From a virus (lineage: Duplodnaviria; Caudoviricetes): a stretch of DNA of 56,418 bases. The stretch covers positions 1 to 56,418 of IMG/VR virus record IMGVR_UViG_3300048872_000176, one strand, 5' to 3'. The translations under genes were made by a program, and so were the position numbers. The notes beneath the pieces were generated by a model. The model worked only from the letters and a program-made list of their open reading frames with translations, made no database searches and was not told the origin of the DNA. This document shows, in pieces, positions 1 to 8,712 of the stretch (positions within the stretch are counted from its first letter, which is position 1; every line of letters starts with the position of its first letter).

Positions 1-5
1 AAGAC

Positions 6-34
6 AGTGTACATTACTACCTCAAGGGAGTCAA
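6..34 (-). promoter_or_regulatory. sigma70-type promoter firing leftwards out of the window
   Basis: Minus strand TTGACT (34-29), 17 bp spacer, TACACT (11-6). Confidence 0.55.
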
Positions 35-68
35 GTACTTTCTCAAACTATTTCGTACTGGTACGTGC

Positions 69-102
69 TGAAAACACGGGGCTTATAAGTCCTTTGTTTT
101 CA
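69..102. repeat. Imperfect 34-bp inverted repeat of IHF-like half sites
   Basis: tgaaaacacggggctta|taagtcctttgttttca; related motifs at 2641, 2906 and 2965. Confidence 0.5.
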
Positions 103-198
103 TGTGGGAGTTAGCTATATAATTCCCAAAAAACTCGTTAGGTCTAGCCCCGTATGGATTCCAGATTATGGAAAAAAGGTACGAACGGGTTTGTGTGG

Positions 199-240
199 AT
201 ATGTAATCTCATAGTGAGAATATGAAATCTCATATTGAGA
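199..240. repeat. Tandem 21-bp direct repeat, each copy containing palindrome TCTCA-N3-TGAGA (operator-like)
   Basis: atatgtaatctcatagtgaga / atatgaaatctcatattgaga, 2 mismatches. Confidence 0.6.
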
Positions 241-317
241 ATTCCCATAAACGGACAGTGTAATGTTTTAAACACACTTAACACGTATAACTCCAAACCA
301 CTTATTAACCGACAAGC

Positions 318-551
318 CTACTTCGGAAGCATAGGCCTATCAAAGTCTTGATCCGCTTGCCGTGCCTTTTCAGTGTCCGTATATCTGAAGTAATGCCAAA
401 GACTATCCTCAAGGCGAAAAGCCCTGTGTGAGCGCGTACGGCGCATTATAGACGGTCCTAGTAGAGCCCCAGAAGGCGTACAAAGCATCTCTGAGAGACC
501 TAGAGCGAGTATGAATACTGTCCGTATCCCATTATCTTTTCTCCTGTTCAT
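318..551 (-). CDS. hypothetical protein
   Basis: 77-aa ORF continuing the leftward gene run; no recognisable motif. Confidence 0.3.
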   Translation of the reverse strand: MNRRKDNGIRTVFILALGLSEMLCTPSGALLGPSIMRRTRSHRAFRLEDSLWHYFRYTDTEKARQADQDFDRPMLPK

Positions 552-568
552 TCGCTGAATTTTGTTAC

Positions 569-1357
569 CTAATTATAGTTCTCTGCCTCAACGCGGGTTA
601 GAAAAAAATGAATACCCCCACCGCATTCGACGAAACGGTTTTCGTTCCATTTGTCACACTTGACTGTTTTTCCTTTTACGTACTTGAAATCCGCATTGTA
701 ATTTGAAACGCCTACTTCAGCATTAATAACCTGAAGTACTTTGGCATATTCAGCGCGGCATTTTCGGCTTGTCGCATTTGAACGTTTTGCCTTAGCAGGT
801 ATCAAAATTTGAACAAGTACGTTTTCTTGACATTTTTTCCAGCCCACAAAAGACCCGTGTTCAGGCACAATAGAAATTTGAGCCAATGACAGGGTACCGT
901 TTATAATATCTTTCAAGTTCGCGCCGCTCAGGTCCGCGTAGCGCAGGTCTGCGCCGCTCAGGTTCACGCCGCGCAGGTTCGCGTCGCTCAAGTTCGCGTA
1001 GCGCAGGTCTGCGCCGCTCAGGTTCGCGCCGCGCAGGTTCGCGCCGCGCAGGTTCGCGTCGCTCAAGTTCGCGCCGCTCAAGTTCGCGCCGCTCAGGTCC
1101 GCGTAGCGCAGGCCTGCGCCGCTCAAGTTCACGCCGCGCAGGGTCGCGTTGCTCAAGTTCGCGCCGCGCAGGTTCGCGTCGCTCAAGTTCGCGCCGCGCA
1201 GGTTCGCGTCGCTCAGGTCCGCGTAGCGCAGGTCTGCGCCGCTCAGGTTCGTCTTGGTTTGAATAGCGAGGGAAACTAGCGAGCTAAAAGATTCTGCCAT
1301 TCCTTCATACAGAATGCTATCTTTACTTCCGATTGCCGAAATCTTATAGTTTTTCAT
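569..1357 (-). CDS. Pentapeptide repeat protein with C-terminal DUF5758-like domain
   Basis: Many A(D/N)LxG/Y pentapeptides; C-terminal GWKKC...SRKCRAEYA...CGGGIHFFLTR; AGGAG RBS. Confidence 0.9.
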   Translation of the reverse strand: MKNYKISAIGSKDSILYEGMAESFSSLVSLAIQTKTNLSGADLRYADLSDANLRGANLSDANLRGANLSNATLRGVNLSGAGLRYADLSGANLSGANLSDANLRGANLRGANLSGADLRYANLSDANLRGVNLSGADLRYADLSGANLKDIINGTLSLAQISIVPEHGSFVGWKKCQENVLVQILIPAKAKRSNATSRKCRAEYAKVLQVINAEVGVSNYNADFKYVKGKTVKCDKWNENRFVECGGGIHFFLTRVEAENYN

Positions 1358-1389
1358 TTTTTCTCCTTTTGTGTTTGCGCTCTTTGAAT

Positions 1390-1584
1390 TTAAGAATTTT
1401 CGTTCACTAACTGTACACGGTTGGCGTCAACCCAAACTGACCCTGAGCCTGATAAAGGTGTCACTAAATAACGTACGTTACCGTAAGAACGCTTAACGTC
1501 ACTGATACGGACATGGACGGACAAACCATTAAGAGTAACAGAGCCCGGTTGTCCGATGAATTTAGATAGTTCTAAGGTGTTCAT
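1390..1584 (-). CDS. hypothetical protein (small SH3-like phage early protein)
   Basis: 64-aa ORF, VRISDVKRSYGNVRYLVTP..GSGSVWV pattern typical of small phage proteins; RBS aaggtag. Confidence 0.7.
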   Translation of the reverse strand: MNTLELSKFIGQPGSVTLNGLSVHVRISDVKRSYGNVRYLVTPLSGSGSVWVDANRVQLVNENS

Positions 1585-1590
1585 GCGCCA

Positions 1591-1821
1591 CTACCTTTCC
1601 AATGCCCAGTACTCTTGTGTCTGGTATTCGATTGCTGTTCCGTCGACAGGACTCAACACACCATGTAGTCCAAGGAAGCGATAATAATAATCATCGTGCC
1701 GTGCATGCGCGAACAGTTTGTTTACCGCATCCTGCTCACCGCTCGCTTTTACGTTGGCCACTACTTCCCGCACTTCACCTGTCGCGCCGTTGAGTACTTG
1801 TACTGTAATGCGCTGCATCAT
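1591..1821 (-). CDS. hypothetical protein
   Basis: 76-aa ORF with AGGAG RBS. Confidence 0.7.
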   Translation of the reverse strand: MMQRITVQVLNGATGEVREVVANVKASGEQDAVNKLFAHARHDDYYYRFLGLHGVLSPVDGTAIEYQTQEYWALER

Positions 1822-1902
1822 GTGTGTTGTCTCCTAGAGAAGATGAGAGTTAGCGCGTTTCCAATTCTGAAGTCTCGGTTCATTGTTGTCTCCATGTATG
1901 AG

Positions 1903-2024
1903 AGAATACGCTTATGCCTGTCAGTTGTCAAGCACAATCTGCATAAATAAAGTACTATTTTAGTACCATGACAAAAAGTGTCAACGAACTAAGTCTTGAC
2001 AAACCAAAGAGAATATGGTAGGGT
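1903..2024. promoter_or_regulatory. Divergent sigma70 promoter cluster
   Basis: Minus: TTGACA(1931-1926)-17-TATTCT(1908-1903) and TTGACA(1984-1979)-16-TAAAAT(1962-1957). Plus: TTGACA(1996-2001)-17-TAGGGT(2019-2024). Confidence 0.7.
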
Positions 2025-2030
2025 ACGTGC

Positions 2031-2237
2031 ATGAATAAATTGATTGTGATAGAAGAATGGACCGCACAAGGCATGGTTCGCTACATCCCAACCCCTGAAG
2101 GCAGACGAATAGTGCTCGACAGAAGCGAACTAATGCCCAGACCGTTCGTGAAGACAACGCTACAAGAATACCCGTTCGACGTAACAAGCCCGACACGAAC
2201 GCAATTAACAGACTGTTCACAAACTGACAAACCATGA
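2031..2237 (+). CDS. hypothetical protein, probably leaderless
   Basis: ATG 6 nt after the -10 box, no RBS; ATGA overlap with next ORF. Confidence 0.6.
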   Translation: MNKLIVIEEWTAQGMVRYIPTPEGRRIVLDRSELMPRPFVKTTLQEYPFDVTSPTRTQLTDCSQTDKP

Positions 2238-2431
2238 AGCAATGCGAGAGATTCACGATACACCCAGAAGACCTACACCTTGTCAATTTGGCCAATCCGT
2301 GCGGATTACTGACAGGCGCAAGGCACGTACGATGCGAACATCCGGCCATAGAGAATAGTTCGTATTGCCGTTCACACACCGACAAAATTCCACACGAACG
2401 AAACCAAATAAGAGAACAGAGAAACCAGTGA
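2234..2431 (+). CDS. hypothetical Cys/His-containing protein
   Basis: 65 aa, CEHPA...YCRSH zinc-binding-like; translationally coupled. Confidence 0.55.
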   Translation: MKQCERFTIHPEDLHLVNLANPCGLLTGARHVRCEHPAIENSSYCRSHTDKIPHERNQIREQRNQ

Positions 2432-2434
2432 GTA

Positions 2435-2611
2435 ATGGCAACCCGTAAGAGAGACCTAAGACTAGCTATTGCCCGGCAAGCCGTGAAAGACCTGGAAGAT
2501 CAAGGTATCACTAGGACGGTCCAGGAGAGGCTGGAATTAATGAAACTAGTGGAAAGACTAACTCATGGTAAAAAGCCCCGCAAACCTCCTAGGAAGACCG
2601 TATTCGGGTAG
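2435..2611 (+). CDS. small basic hypothetical protein (58 aa, below ORF-track cutoff)
   Basis: Own translation MATRKRDLRLAIARQAVKDLEDQG...KKPRKPPRKTVFG*, directly after previous stop. Confidence 0.55.
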   Translation: MATRKRDLRLAIARQAVKDLEDQGITRTVQERLELMKLVERLTHGKKPRKPPRKTVFG

Positions 2612-3105
2612 TCTGGCGTGCGGCTCGAACGAATTAACGCTAAGTTATTGAGAACATGCCTGAGACGAATGGAGCGTGCGGCTTGTCCTTTTCTTCTCGA
2701 CCGTCTGAACGTTCAGTCATTTCTGTACAGACAGAACGAAAGTCTTCGTACTTCATGCGAACTTTTGCATGTTCTTTCGCATTGAGGAAGAATAACCCAC
2801 ATTGTTTGTATGACTTACTGGCGCTGTTTGAGAATGAGAAGAAACGCAAGCCCCCGGCAAACTCTCAAAGCCCCGCAATGATCCAAACCCCCACCAGAGC
2901 AGAACGTGTTGAGAACAAAGGAGTTAGGTTGTCCGCAGTGCAGTCAGACCGAGTGACTTGCCTGTAAGTTACTGATAACAAAGGGGGGACCCTATTTTCG
3001 CTTTTTGTTCGTAGGGGCGGGGCCCCCCAAATTTTCCTAGTAAGTTACAATATCTATTGCTTTTTGAGTATAAGGTTCTAGGGTCTTAGGGGCCCCAGAG
3101 GGTAT

Positions 3106-3891
3106 ATGAAGTGTTCACACTGTGACAAGGAATTTGAACCCACATTGGGTCAGCTATACTGTTCTGGAGATTGTCGCCTTCGTGCAAGAAAATCACGGAA
3201 GCGAAACAAAAATACAAAGTTGTTCACATGTGAACAATGTGGACGTGAATTCTGGCGAAGTCCGGATAAAGGGCACGCTTATCGTTTTTGTTCGTTGCAG
3301 TGTTCAGGAGCGCATCTTCGTAAACCTGATCCCGAACCTTTAAGAAAACTTTGCGTGGGATGTGGCAAAGAGTTTTTTACGCCTTACCCCAACAAAAAAT
3401 ATTGTTCACCAAACTGTTCCTTAGATCGAACGTGCCACTATTGTTTGGATAGTTTTAAAGTCGCACCTAATGAACGATTGAAGGATAGGAAATGGTGTTC
3501 TTTGAAATGTTGGCAGCAATCTAAAAATCCGTCTGGTGTAGGAAGTCAAGTTTATATGTTGAAGACCGGACCTTACATCAAGCTGGGTTTTACAAGTCAA
3601 CCTTCTTTAGAGCATCGTCTCCACCAAATCCGGAACGCTTCGCCTTATCATATTGAGGTGCTTGCAGCCCGGCCAGGCACGTACGAGCAGGAGCAGGAAC
3701 TTCACCGCGGAGCGAAGCAGTGGAAACATCGCGGCGACTGGTACGAGGATTGTGCTGATCTCCGATTTTACGTTGACCGATTCTTCTTCTCAGAAGTAGG
3801 GGACCCTATAGAGGTTCCTGAGTCGGGGCGTACGGGCGGGTCCCCAAGTTTGTCGGTGAGTGAACAGGAAGCTTTGAATGAAACCAACTAA
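3106..3891 (+). CDS. Zinc-ribbon repeat protein with T5orf172/GIY-YIG-type nuclease domain
   Basis: Multiple CxxC..F...YCS..C repeats, then VYMLKTGPYIKLGFT...RL..I...SP...EQELH...GDWY. Confidence 0.8.
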   Translation: MKCSHCDKEFEPTLGQLYCSGDCRLRARKSRKRNKNTKLFTCEQCGREFWRSPDKGHAYRFCSLQCSGAHLRKPDPEPLRKLCVGCGKEFFTPYPNKKYCSPNCSLDRTCHYCLDSFKVAPNERLKDRKWCSLKCWQQSKNPSGVGSQVYMLKTGPYIKLGFTSQPSLEHRLHQIRNASPYHIEVLAARPGTYEQEQELHRGAKQWKHRGDWYEDCADLRFYVDRFFFSEVGDPIEVPESGRTGGSPSLSVSEQEALNETN

Positions 3892-4165
3892 CAAAATCAC
3901 GCACTTCAAAAACGGCGGCAACTCCGTACTCGGCTTGCCCGTCTTCCAAGACGATACTGGCGCTGAGTTCGTGAACCACCAAGGGCGGTGGGTTCATGTT
4001 CAGGAGATGCCTTTGCCTCGTACGCACACGGTTGGGATTAGTTCAACCCCGGCTAAACGAGTGCCTACGTTTGTACGTACTCCGGTTGCTCCCGATCTTC
4101 CGGCTTTTAAGCCGACGAGTTCGGAGCAGCGAACAGCCCGTAAGGTTTTGAAACCAGAATGGTAG
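3878..4165 (+). CDS. hypothetical protein
   Basis: 95-aa ORF with aggaag RBS, lying between two repeat elements. Confidence 0.6.
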   Translation: MKPTNKITHFKNGGNSVLGLPVFQDDTGAEFVNHQGRWVHVQEMPLPRTHTVGISSTPAKRVPTFVRTPVAPDLPAFKPTSSEQRTARKVLKPEW

Positions 4166-4255
4166 ATTAAGTAGGGGACCCTTTCTAAGGTTCCTACAGG
4201 CGTCCGGCACGGGACCCCCAACATAATACCCCAACTTTCTTAGAGGTTTGTGCAA

Positions 4256-4588
4256 ATGAGTCAGCCCACGCAGGTAAAGTTTAATACGCCGAACACGGAT
4301 TTCTGTGTAATCGATAACGCAGCGGCCCCAGCCTTTCCAAGCCCGAACGCAGGGGCACTTCAAGGTTACGACACCACAACTGGGGCGGTCGCTCAGGGGC
4401 TGAATAGTTTCGCTGATACGGGCACGGTTTTGTTGGATTCAGTAAACGATACCGTGTATGCCGATCCTTCGTGCGCTACCTTTAAAGGTAATCCAGTTTC
4501 AGCCGTGCCACCTACTTTTGCGACAGTCAGCACCGTACTCAACGACAACCGCCAAGGTCTTCGTTTGCTCTGGAAGAATCCAGCCTAA
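4256..4588 (+). CDS. Putative virion accessory protein, C-terminal NPA family
   Basis: Ala/Thr/Pro-rich; shares Y.DPS...F..N.V and terminal NPA with 4818-5057. Confidence 0.7.
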   Translation: MSQPTQVKFNTPNTDFCVIDNAAAPAFPSPNAGALQGYDTTTGAVAQGLNSFADTGTVLLDSVNDTVYADPSCATFKGNPVSAVPPTFATVSTVLNDNRQGLRLLWKNPA

Positions 4589-4595
4589 GGAATTT

Positions 4596-4805
4596 ATGAA
4601 CCCCCAAAAAGTAGCAAATTGCGCAGTGCTCGGAGACGGATCGAATGCTGCGGATCACGCGCACGTTTCGAAGAAAACTCCGATTGATATTAAACGTCAG
4701 GAACTGTCGGACAACAAACTTACTAATCCGGACGAAGACACACCTATGTTCCGAGAGACTGCCCGCTTACGCGCTCAGAAGCAAGGCCAAGTAAAACCTC
4801 TGTAA
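4596..4805 (+). CDS. hypothetical protein
   Basis: aagga RBS before ATG 4596; fills gap between flanking genes. Confidence 0.6.
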   Translation: MNPQKVANCAVLGDGSNAADHAHVSKKTPIDIKRQELSDNKLTNPDEDTPMFRETARLRAQKQGQVKPL

Positions 4806-4817
4806 GAAAGAAATATC

Positions 4818-5057
4818 ATGGCAACCGCACAAGGCCCGGCTTCGGGTAATGCAGTTTTGTTTTTGGGTAATCCTCCGACCGCTTCGGTCGAAGTTCAAGT
4901 TCCGAACGGCCTCCCCAGCTTGGAGCCTTCCCGCGCTCCATATGTTGATCCAAGCGCGAATGCCTTCAACGTGAACTCCGTCCCGCTCACAGCAATCAAC
5001 ACTACTTTCGTTTTCGGAAACACGGGCGCGACGATTAGGTTTAGTAATCCTGCATGA
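4818..5057 (+). CDS. Putative virion accessory protein, C-terminal NPA family
   Basis: 79 aa ending GATIRFSNPA*. Confidence 0.7.
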   Translation: MATAQGPASGNAVLFLGNPPTASVEVQVPNGLPSLEPSRAPYVDPSANAFNVNSVPLTAINTTFVFGNTGATIRFSNPA

Positions 5058-5740
5058 TTCCTGAAGTCGCTCACATTTATGGTTTGTTCGATCCGCGGAT
5101 TTCAGACGTAATCTGGTACGTCGGCAAGACAAACAATGCCCGAACTCGACTGCAATACTATCGCAAGGACGACAGTACTACTCCAGTTTACAGATGGTTT
5201 CGTCGTTTACAATCCGAGGGTTCAGAGCCTCAACTCCACATCCTTGAGACTTGTCCGTTTAGTGAATGGCAAGAACGTGAGCGGGCACTAATAAATCTGC
5301 ATCGTAAAAAGAATCTCCTTCTATTGAACGTCTTTGACGGTGGAAACGGGACCGCGGTTAAAGGCCGCAAAGAGTTTTGTGAGTGCGGGGAGAAACGCAT
5401 TATTCTCTATCCCAGTGACGGAACGCTTCGATGTCCGGTTTGTAGAAAAGCTCAGCGCAAGGCATACGAGAAGAAGTGGGTTATCGAGAATGCGTCAGAG
5501 TACAAACAACAGCGTGCAGCGTATTACCTAGCCAACCAAGATCGAATCAAAAAAGCAGTGGGTGATAATAAAAGAAAACAGATTGAAAGTGGCTTGTGCG
5601 CACAAATAGGTTGTAAAACTGTTCCCACACACTACAAGAAAAAATGTCGTTTTCATTTAGACATGGATTCCGAACGAATGAGATTTCGTCGGAAAGATGT
5701 AACTCAAACTAATTCTAATCACGAGACGGGCCTCTACTAG
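5054..5740 (+). CDS. Free-standing GIY-YIG homing endonuclease
   Basis: IYGL.DPR...YVGKT...R...E.ER..I...LLN...GG, followed by Zn-ribbon and basic DNA-binding region. Confidence 0.85.
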   Translation: MIPEVAHIYGLFDPRISDVIWYVGKTNNARTRLQYYRKDDSTTPVYRWFRRLQSEGSEPQLHILETCPFSEWQERERALINLHRKKNLLLLNVFDGGNGTAVKGRKEFCECGEKRIILYPSDGTLRCPVCRKAQRKAYEKKWVIENASEYKQQRAAYYLANQDRIKKAVGDNKRKQIESGLCAQIGCKTVPTHYKKKCRFHLDMDSERMRFRRKDVTQTNSNHETGLY

Positions 5741-5824
5741 AAATAGAAGCCCATCCCTAATCGCAATGCCCCAAGGAGGCACCACAACTGGCGGAAGTGT
5801 ATCGCGAGTTGTGGGTAAACACGA

Positions 5825-6433
5825 ATGATTTTGCAATCAACTATTAATTGCCAGGGAGAACTCTCTGCGGTTCTCTTCAAAGCTGACGGCACTCAGCGGA
5901 ACATCGGCATTCTTGCCCGAGATAATTTCTCGAAGGCGCTGAACAGGCTAAACCGCCTGCGTGCGCGTCTCGCTAAAATGATCGGGCCCGCCGCAGCTAT
6001 TCTCATGCTCGCGCACATGGCGAAGAGCGGTCACATTCCCATGCTGCCTATGGTGGGCATTGTCACAACCGCGGGCGTCAACTACATGGCATCCGACTTC
6101 GCCAGTGGCGGTGTGACTCCAACAATCAGCGGATTTAAATTCCACGCTAGCGGAACCGGAGCCACGGCTGCCGCGGTGACGGATACAACTCTCGGAACCG
6201 ATTCAGGAGTTGCCCGCGTTACAGGTACTCCCACGAACCCTTCCGCGAACCAATATCGTTCGGTCGCGACTATGGCGTACGTTTCAACGCTCGCAATCAC
6301 GGAGTGGGGTTTGTTCAGCGCGGTTTCGACGGGTACTTTGTGGGATCGGCGTGTGTTCACAGCTATTAACGTAGTCTCGGGCGACTCTATTCAGTTTACG
6401 TACACTCTGACAGTTAACAACGGCGGTTCTTGA
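5825..6433 (+). CDS. Putative virion structural protein (collar/decoration-like domain)
   Basis: IVTTAG...GTG.TAAA.TDT.L...ITEWGLF...GTLWDRRVF..INV.SGDSIQFTYT pattern common in phage structural proteins. Confidence 0.7.
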   Translation: MILQSTINCQGELSAVLFKADGTQRNIGILARDNFSKALNRLNRLRARLAKMIGPAAAILMLAHMAKSGHIPMLPMVGIVTTAGVNYMASDFASGGVTPTISGFKFHASGTGATAAAVTDTTLGTDSGVARVTGTPTNPSANQYRSVATMAYVSTLAITEWGLFSAVSTGTLWDRRVFTAINVVSGDSIQFTYTLTVNNGGS

Positions 6434-7008
6434 TGGCTCGGCAATACTTTAACGCGCAGCAAGTAGACCCGTTGGTTGTTGCTGCTTCGATAACTCCAAC
6501 TACAGTTTTTACCGCGCTCTTTAGTGCGAACCAAGCCCAGCTTTATTTTCCTATCGGAACGGGTGCAAATGCTCCATCGGCTGGGCAGGTTTATCGATTC
6601 ACGGTGGGCGGGTTGATTACAACTCCCGCGACAGGAACTTTAGTTGTCACCCCGATCATGGGTTTGACAACGGCGGGAACATCTCTCGGCGCTTCCGCGG
6701 CCCAAACGGTTACGGCTAGTTTGGCCAGCCAACCATGGCGGCTAGAAGGCGAAATTGTTTTCCGTTCTATCTCCCCGACTGCGACAACCTCAACGGCTTG
6801 GTTAACAGGTTCTTTCGAGAGTCAAGGCACGCTCGCAACAGCGGGCGGTGGATGGGGAATTGTTTTCGGTAGCACGGCAGCGGTTAACGTTGACACAACC
6901 GGAACTGGGTCCGCGAACACGTTCGGGGCTTTGAACTTTGGATTTACATTCTCGGTCACTGGAGCCACAGTCAGCGCCCAATACACATCGTGGCAATCTT
7001 TGAGCTAA
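6433..7008 (+). CDS. Thr/Ala/Gly-rich beta-sandwich virion accessory protein
   Basis: GQVYRFTVGG...WRLEGEI resembles 13167 and 14013 proteins. Confidence 0.65.
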   Translation: MARQYFNAQQVDPLVVAASITPTTVFTALFSANQAQLYFPIGTGANAPSAGQVYRFTVGGLITTPATGTLVVTPIMGLTTAGTSLGASAAQTVTASLASQPWRLEGEIVFRSISPTATTSTAWLTGSFESQGTLATAGGGWGIVFGSTAAVNVDTTGTGSANTFGALNFGFTFSVTGATVSAQYTSWQSLS

Positions 7009-7017
7009 GGAGTTCCT

Positions 7018-8250
7018 ATGCCCGGAAACAGAAGTCGTGGTGGCATAGGCGTTGGTGCAGCAAGTCCGATCAAACCATTCAAATTTTTCGATCAAGTTAT
7101 CGCACCCGGTCCGATGTCCCAGACGCTAACTCTGTCCGCTTCGATGAGCACCTTTTCGGGTCTGATTAACAACCAAACTGGGAAAGCAATCGTCGCCGCG
7201 ATGTCTACTTTTGCAGGCGCGGTTGCGAAACAGACCAACAAGATTCTAAATGCAGCAGCAAGTACTTTCGACGCAATCCTGTCCGCAGTTAAGACGGGTG
7301 GGAATTTATTTTTGCAATCCCTTACGGCGTCGATGAGCACGTTCTCAGGTTCTGTCGCGAAGAACACGGCCCACTCTCTGGTAGCTTCCATGTCCACGTT
7401 CAGTGGCTCGGTCGCGAAGCTGACGACCCGAGTTCTAACATCCAGTATGAGCACGTTTGCGGGGACTCTAATTAAGAGAACCGCTCACGCGCTCACCGCC
7501 TCGATGTCTACTTTTGCAGGCGCAATTTCCAAGAGTGTCCGTAAGACCCTAACTGCTTCGATGAGTACGTTTGCGGGACTTCTAACCGCATCTCATTTAT
7601 TTATCAAGTCGCTTACCGCTTCAATGTCTACCTTCTCGGGCACCCTGACGAAGAGTACGTTGAAGTCTCTGACGGCTTCAATGTCCACTTTTGCCGGGTC
7701 TCTTGTTAAGCGTGTTGCGAAAACATTCGCCGCTTCCATGAGCACGTTCGCGGGCGCGGCCACGAAACAATCCTCTCGAATTTTGATCGCCAGCATGAGC
7801 ACATTCAGCGGGGCGCTCACTAAGCGAACACAGAAGATTCTGTCTGCCGCTATGAGCACGTTCGCGGGCGTTGTCAACAAATCAATGGCTTTCGCACGGG
7901 TATCCTTCCCGGCGAGCATGTCTACGTTTTCTGGATCGGTTGTAAAGCGTACCCAGAAAGCATTAGCCGCAGGGCTGGCTACATTCGCAGGCTCACTCGT
8001 CTCAACTCGAACGCTCCACATCTTCGGTGTCACGCGGGATTCGGCTAACGCACCCCTAGGGAGTTGCGTAGTTAAGTTGTTCAAGACCTCGACCGATACG
8101 GAAGTCGCCAGTACGACTTCGGATGTGAACGGCAACTACGGGTTCTTTCTCACCGGGTTTCTGATTACGGACTTCTTTTATATCGTAGCTTACAAAGCAG
8201 GAGCCACGGATGTTGCCGGAACTACGGTGAACACACTGGTGTTGTCGTGA
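7018..8250 (+). CDS. Tandem-repeat fibre-like protein (15 x ~19-aa LxASMSTF[AS]G) with C-terminal prealbumin-like domain
   Basis: Repeats counted directly; C-terminal IFGVTRD...PLGSCVVKLF...TTSDVNGNYGF. Confidence 0.75.
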   Translation: MPGNRSRGGIGVGAASPIKPFKFFDQVIAPGPMSQTLTLSASMSTFSGLINNQTGKAIVAAMSTFAGAVAKQTNKILNAAASTFDAILSAVKTGGNLFLQSLTASMSTFSGSVAKNTAHSLVASMSTFSGSVAKLTTRVLTSSMSTFAGTLIKRTAHALTASMSTFAGAISKSVRKTLTASMSTFAGLLTASHLFIKSLTASMSTFSGTLTKSTLKSLTASMSTFAGSLVKRVAKTFAASMSTFAGAATKQSSRILIASMSTFSGALTKRTQKILSAAMSTFAGVVNKSMAFARVSFPASMSTFSGSVVKRTQKALAAGLATFAGSLVSTRTLHIFGVTRDSANAPLGSCVVKLFKTSTDTEVASTTSDVNGNYGFFLTGFLITDFFYIVAYKAGATDVAGTTVNTLVLS

Positions 8251-8702
8251 CGAATGTATTTTTATACCCGAGCGCACCCAGCCCGAACGATGTAATTCTT
8301 TCCGATCCCACTCAACCCCGGAACGCAGGGCAGCTTTTCTTTCAAGCCTTTACCGCTTCGATGGCTACGTTTAGCGGCGGGCTAGTTAAGCGCACCGCTA
8401 AGTCTTTATCCGCGGCGATGAGCGTTTTTGTAGGAAGCATTACCCAGGCAACCGTTCTCGCATTCATTCATGAATCGGGCGGCGGCTTCACTCCGGTAGT
8501 GAACATCATCAACAACAGCTTCTATCCGGACAGCGTTAGGTTGTCCGCAGCCGTTGCCTTACTGCTACAACGCGACGTAATGAAACGAAATTGGTTCCGT
8601 GACCGCATGAACCCGATCGACGCCATGATAGGAAACAACATGGGCAATGATATGGGATTCAGAGGATACATCGAACGCGCTAAGAAACTTCTTTACCCTT
8701 AG
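8247..8702 (+). CDS. Protein with two copies of the ASMxTF repeat
   Basis: GQLFFQAFTASMATFSG / LSAAMSVFVG match repeats of the upstream gene; GTGA overlap. Confidence 0.7.
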   Translation: MTNVFLYPSAPSPNDVILSDPTQPRNAGQLFFQAFTASMATFSGGLVKRTAKSLSAAMSVFVGSITQATVLAFIHESGGGFTPVVNIINNSFYPDSVRLSAAVALLLQRDVMKRNWFRDRMNPIDAMIGNNMGNDMGFRGYIERAKKLLYP

Positions 8703-8712
8703 GAGATTTATA

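Larger units (their letters stand above)
2983..4221 (+). repeat. Three copies of a ~50-nt GGGGACCCT...GGGnCCCCAA element (2983-3030, 3794-3847, 4169-4221)
   Basis: Copies 2 and 3 share aagtaggggaccct, aggttcct and ggcgt.cgg; the ends of each copy can base-pair. Confidence 0.7.

Noticed and set aside
915-1250. Dense 15-bp periodic DNA repeats resembling an array
   Set aside because: No unique spacers; fully explained by pentapeptide-repeat coding, so not CRISPR
1818-1883. 21-aa minus-strand ORF with duplicated ggagacaaca RBS
   Set aside because: Too short to support; may be a leader or remnant, no further evidence
2656-2967. 103-aa ORF in the 2.6-3.1 kb gap
   Set aside because: No RBS; translation is dominated by the DNA motifs, so probably non-coding
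5741-5828. Hairpin ccacaact/agttgtgg and short ORF MPQGGTTTGG... after the GIY-YIG gene, considered as intron or exon remnant
   Set aside because: No group I core elements found and the upstream gene ends normally at NPA*
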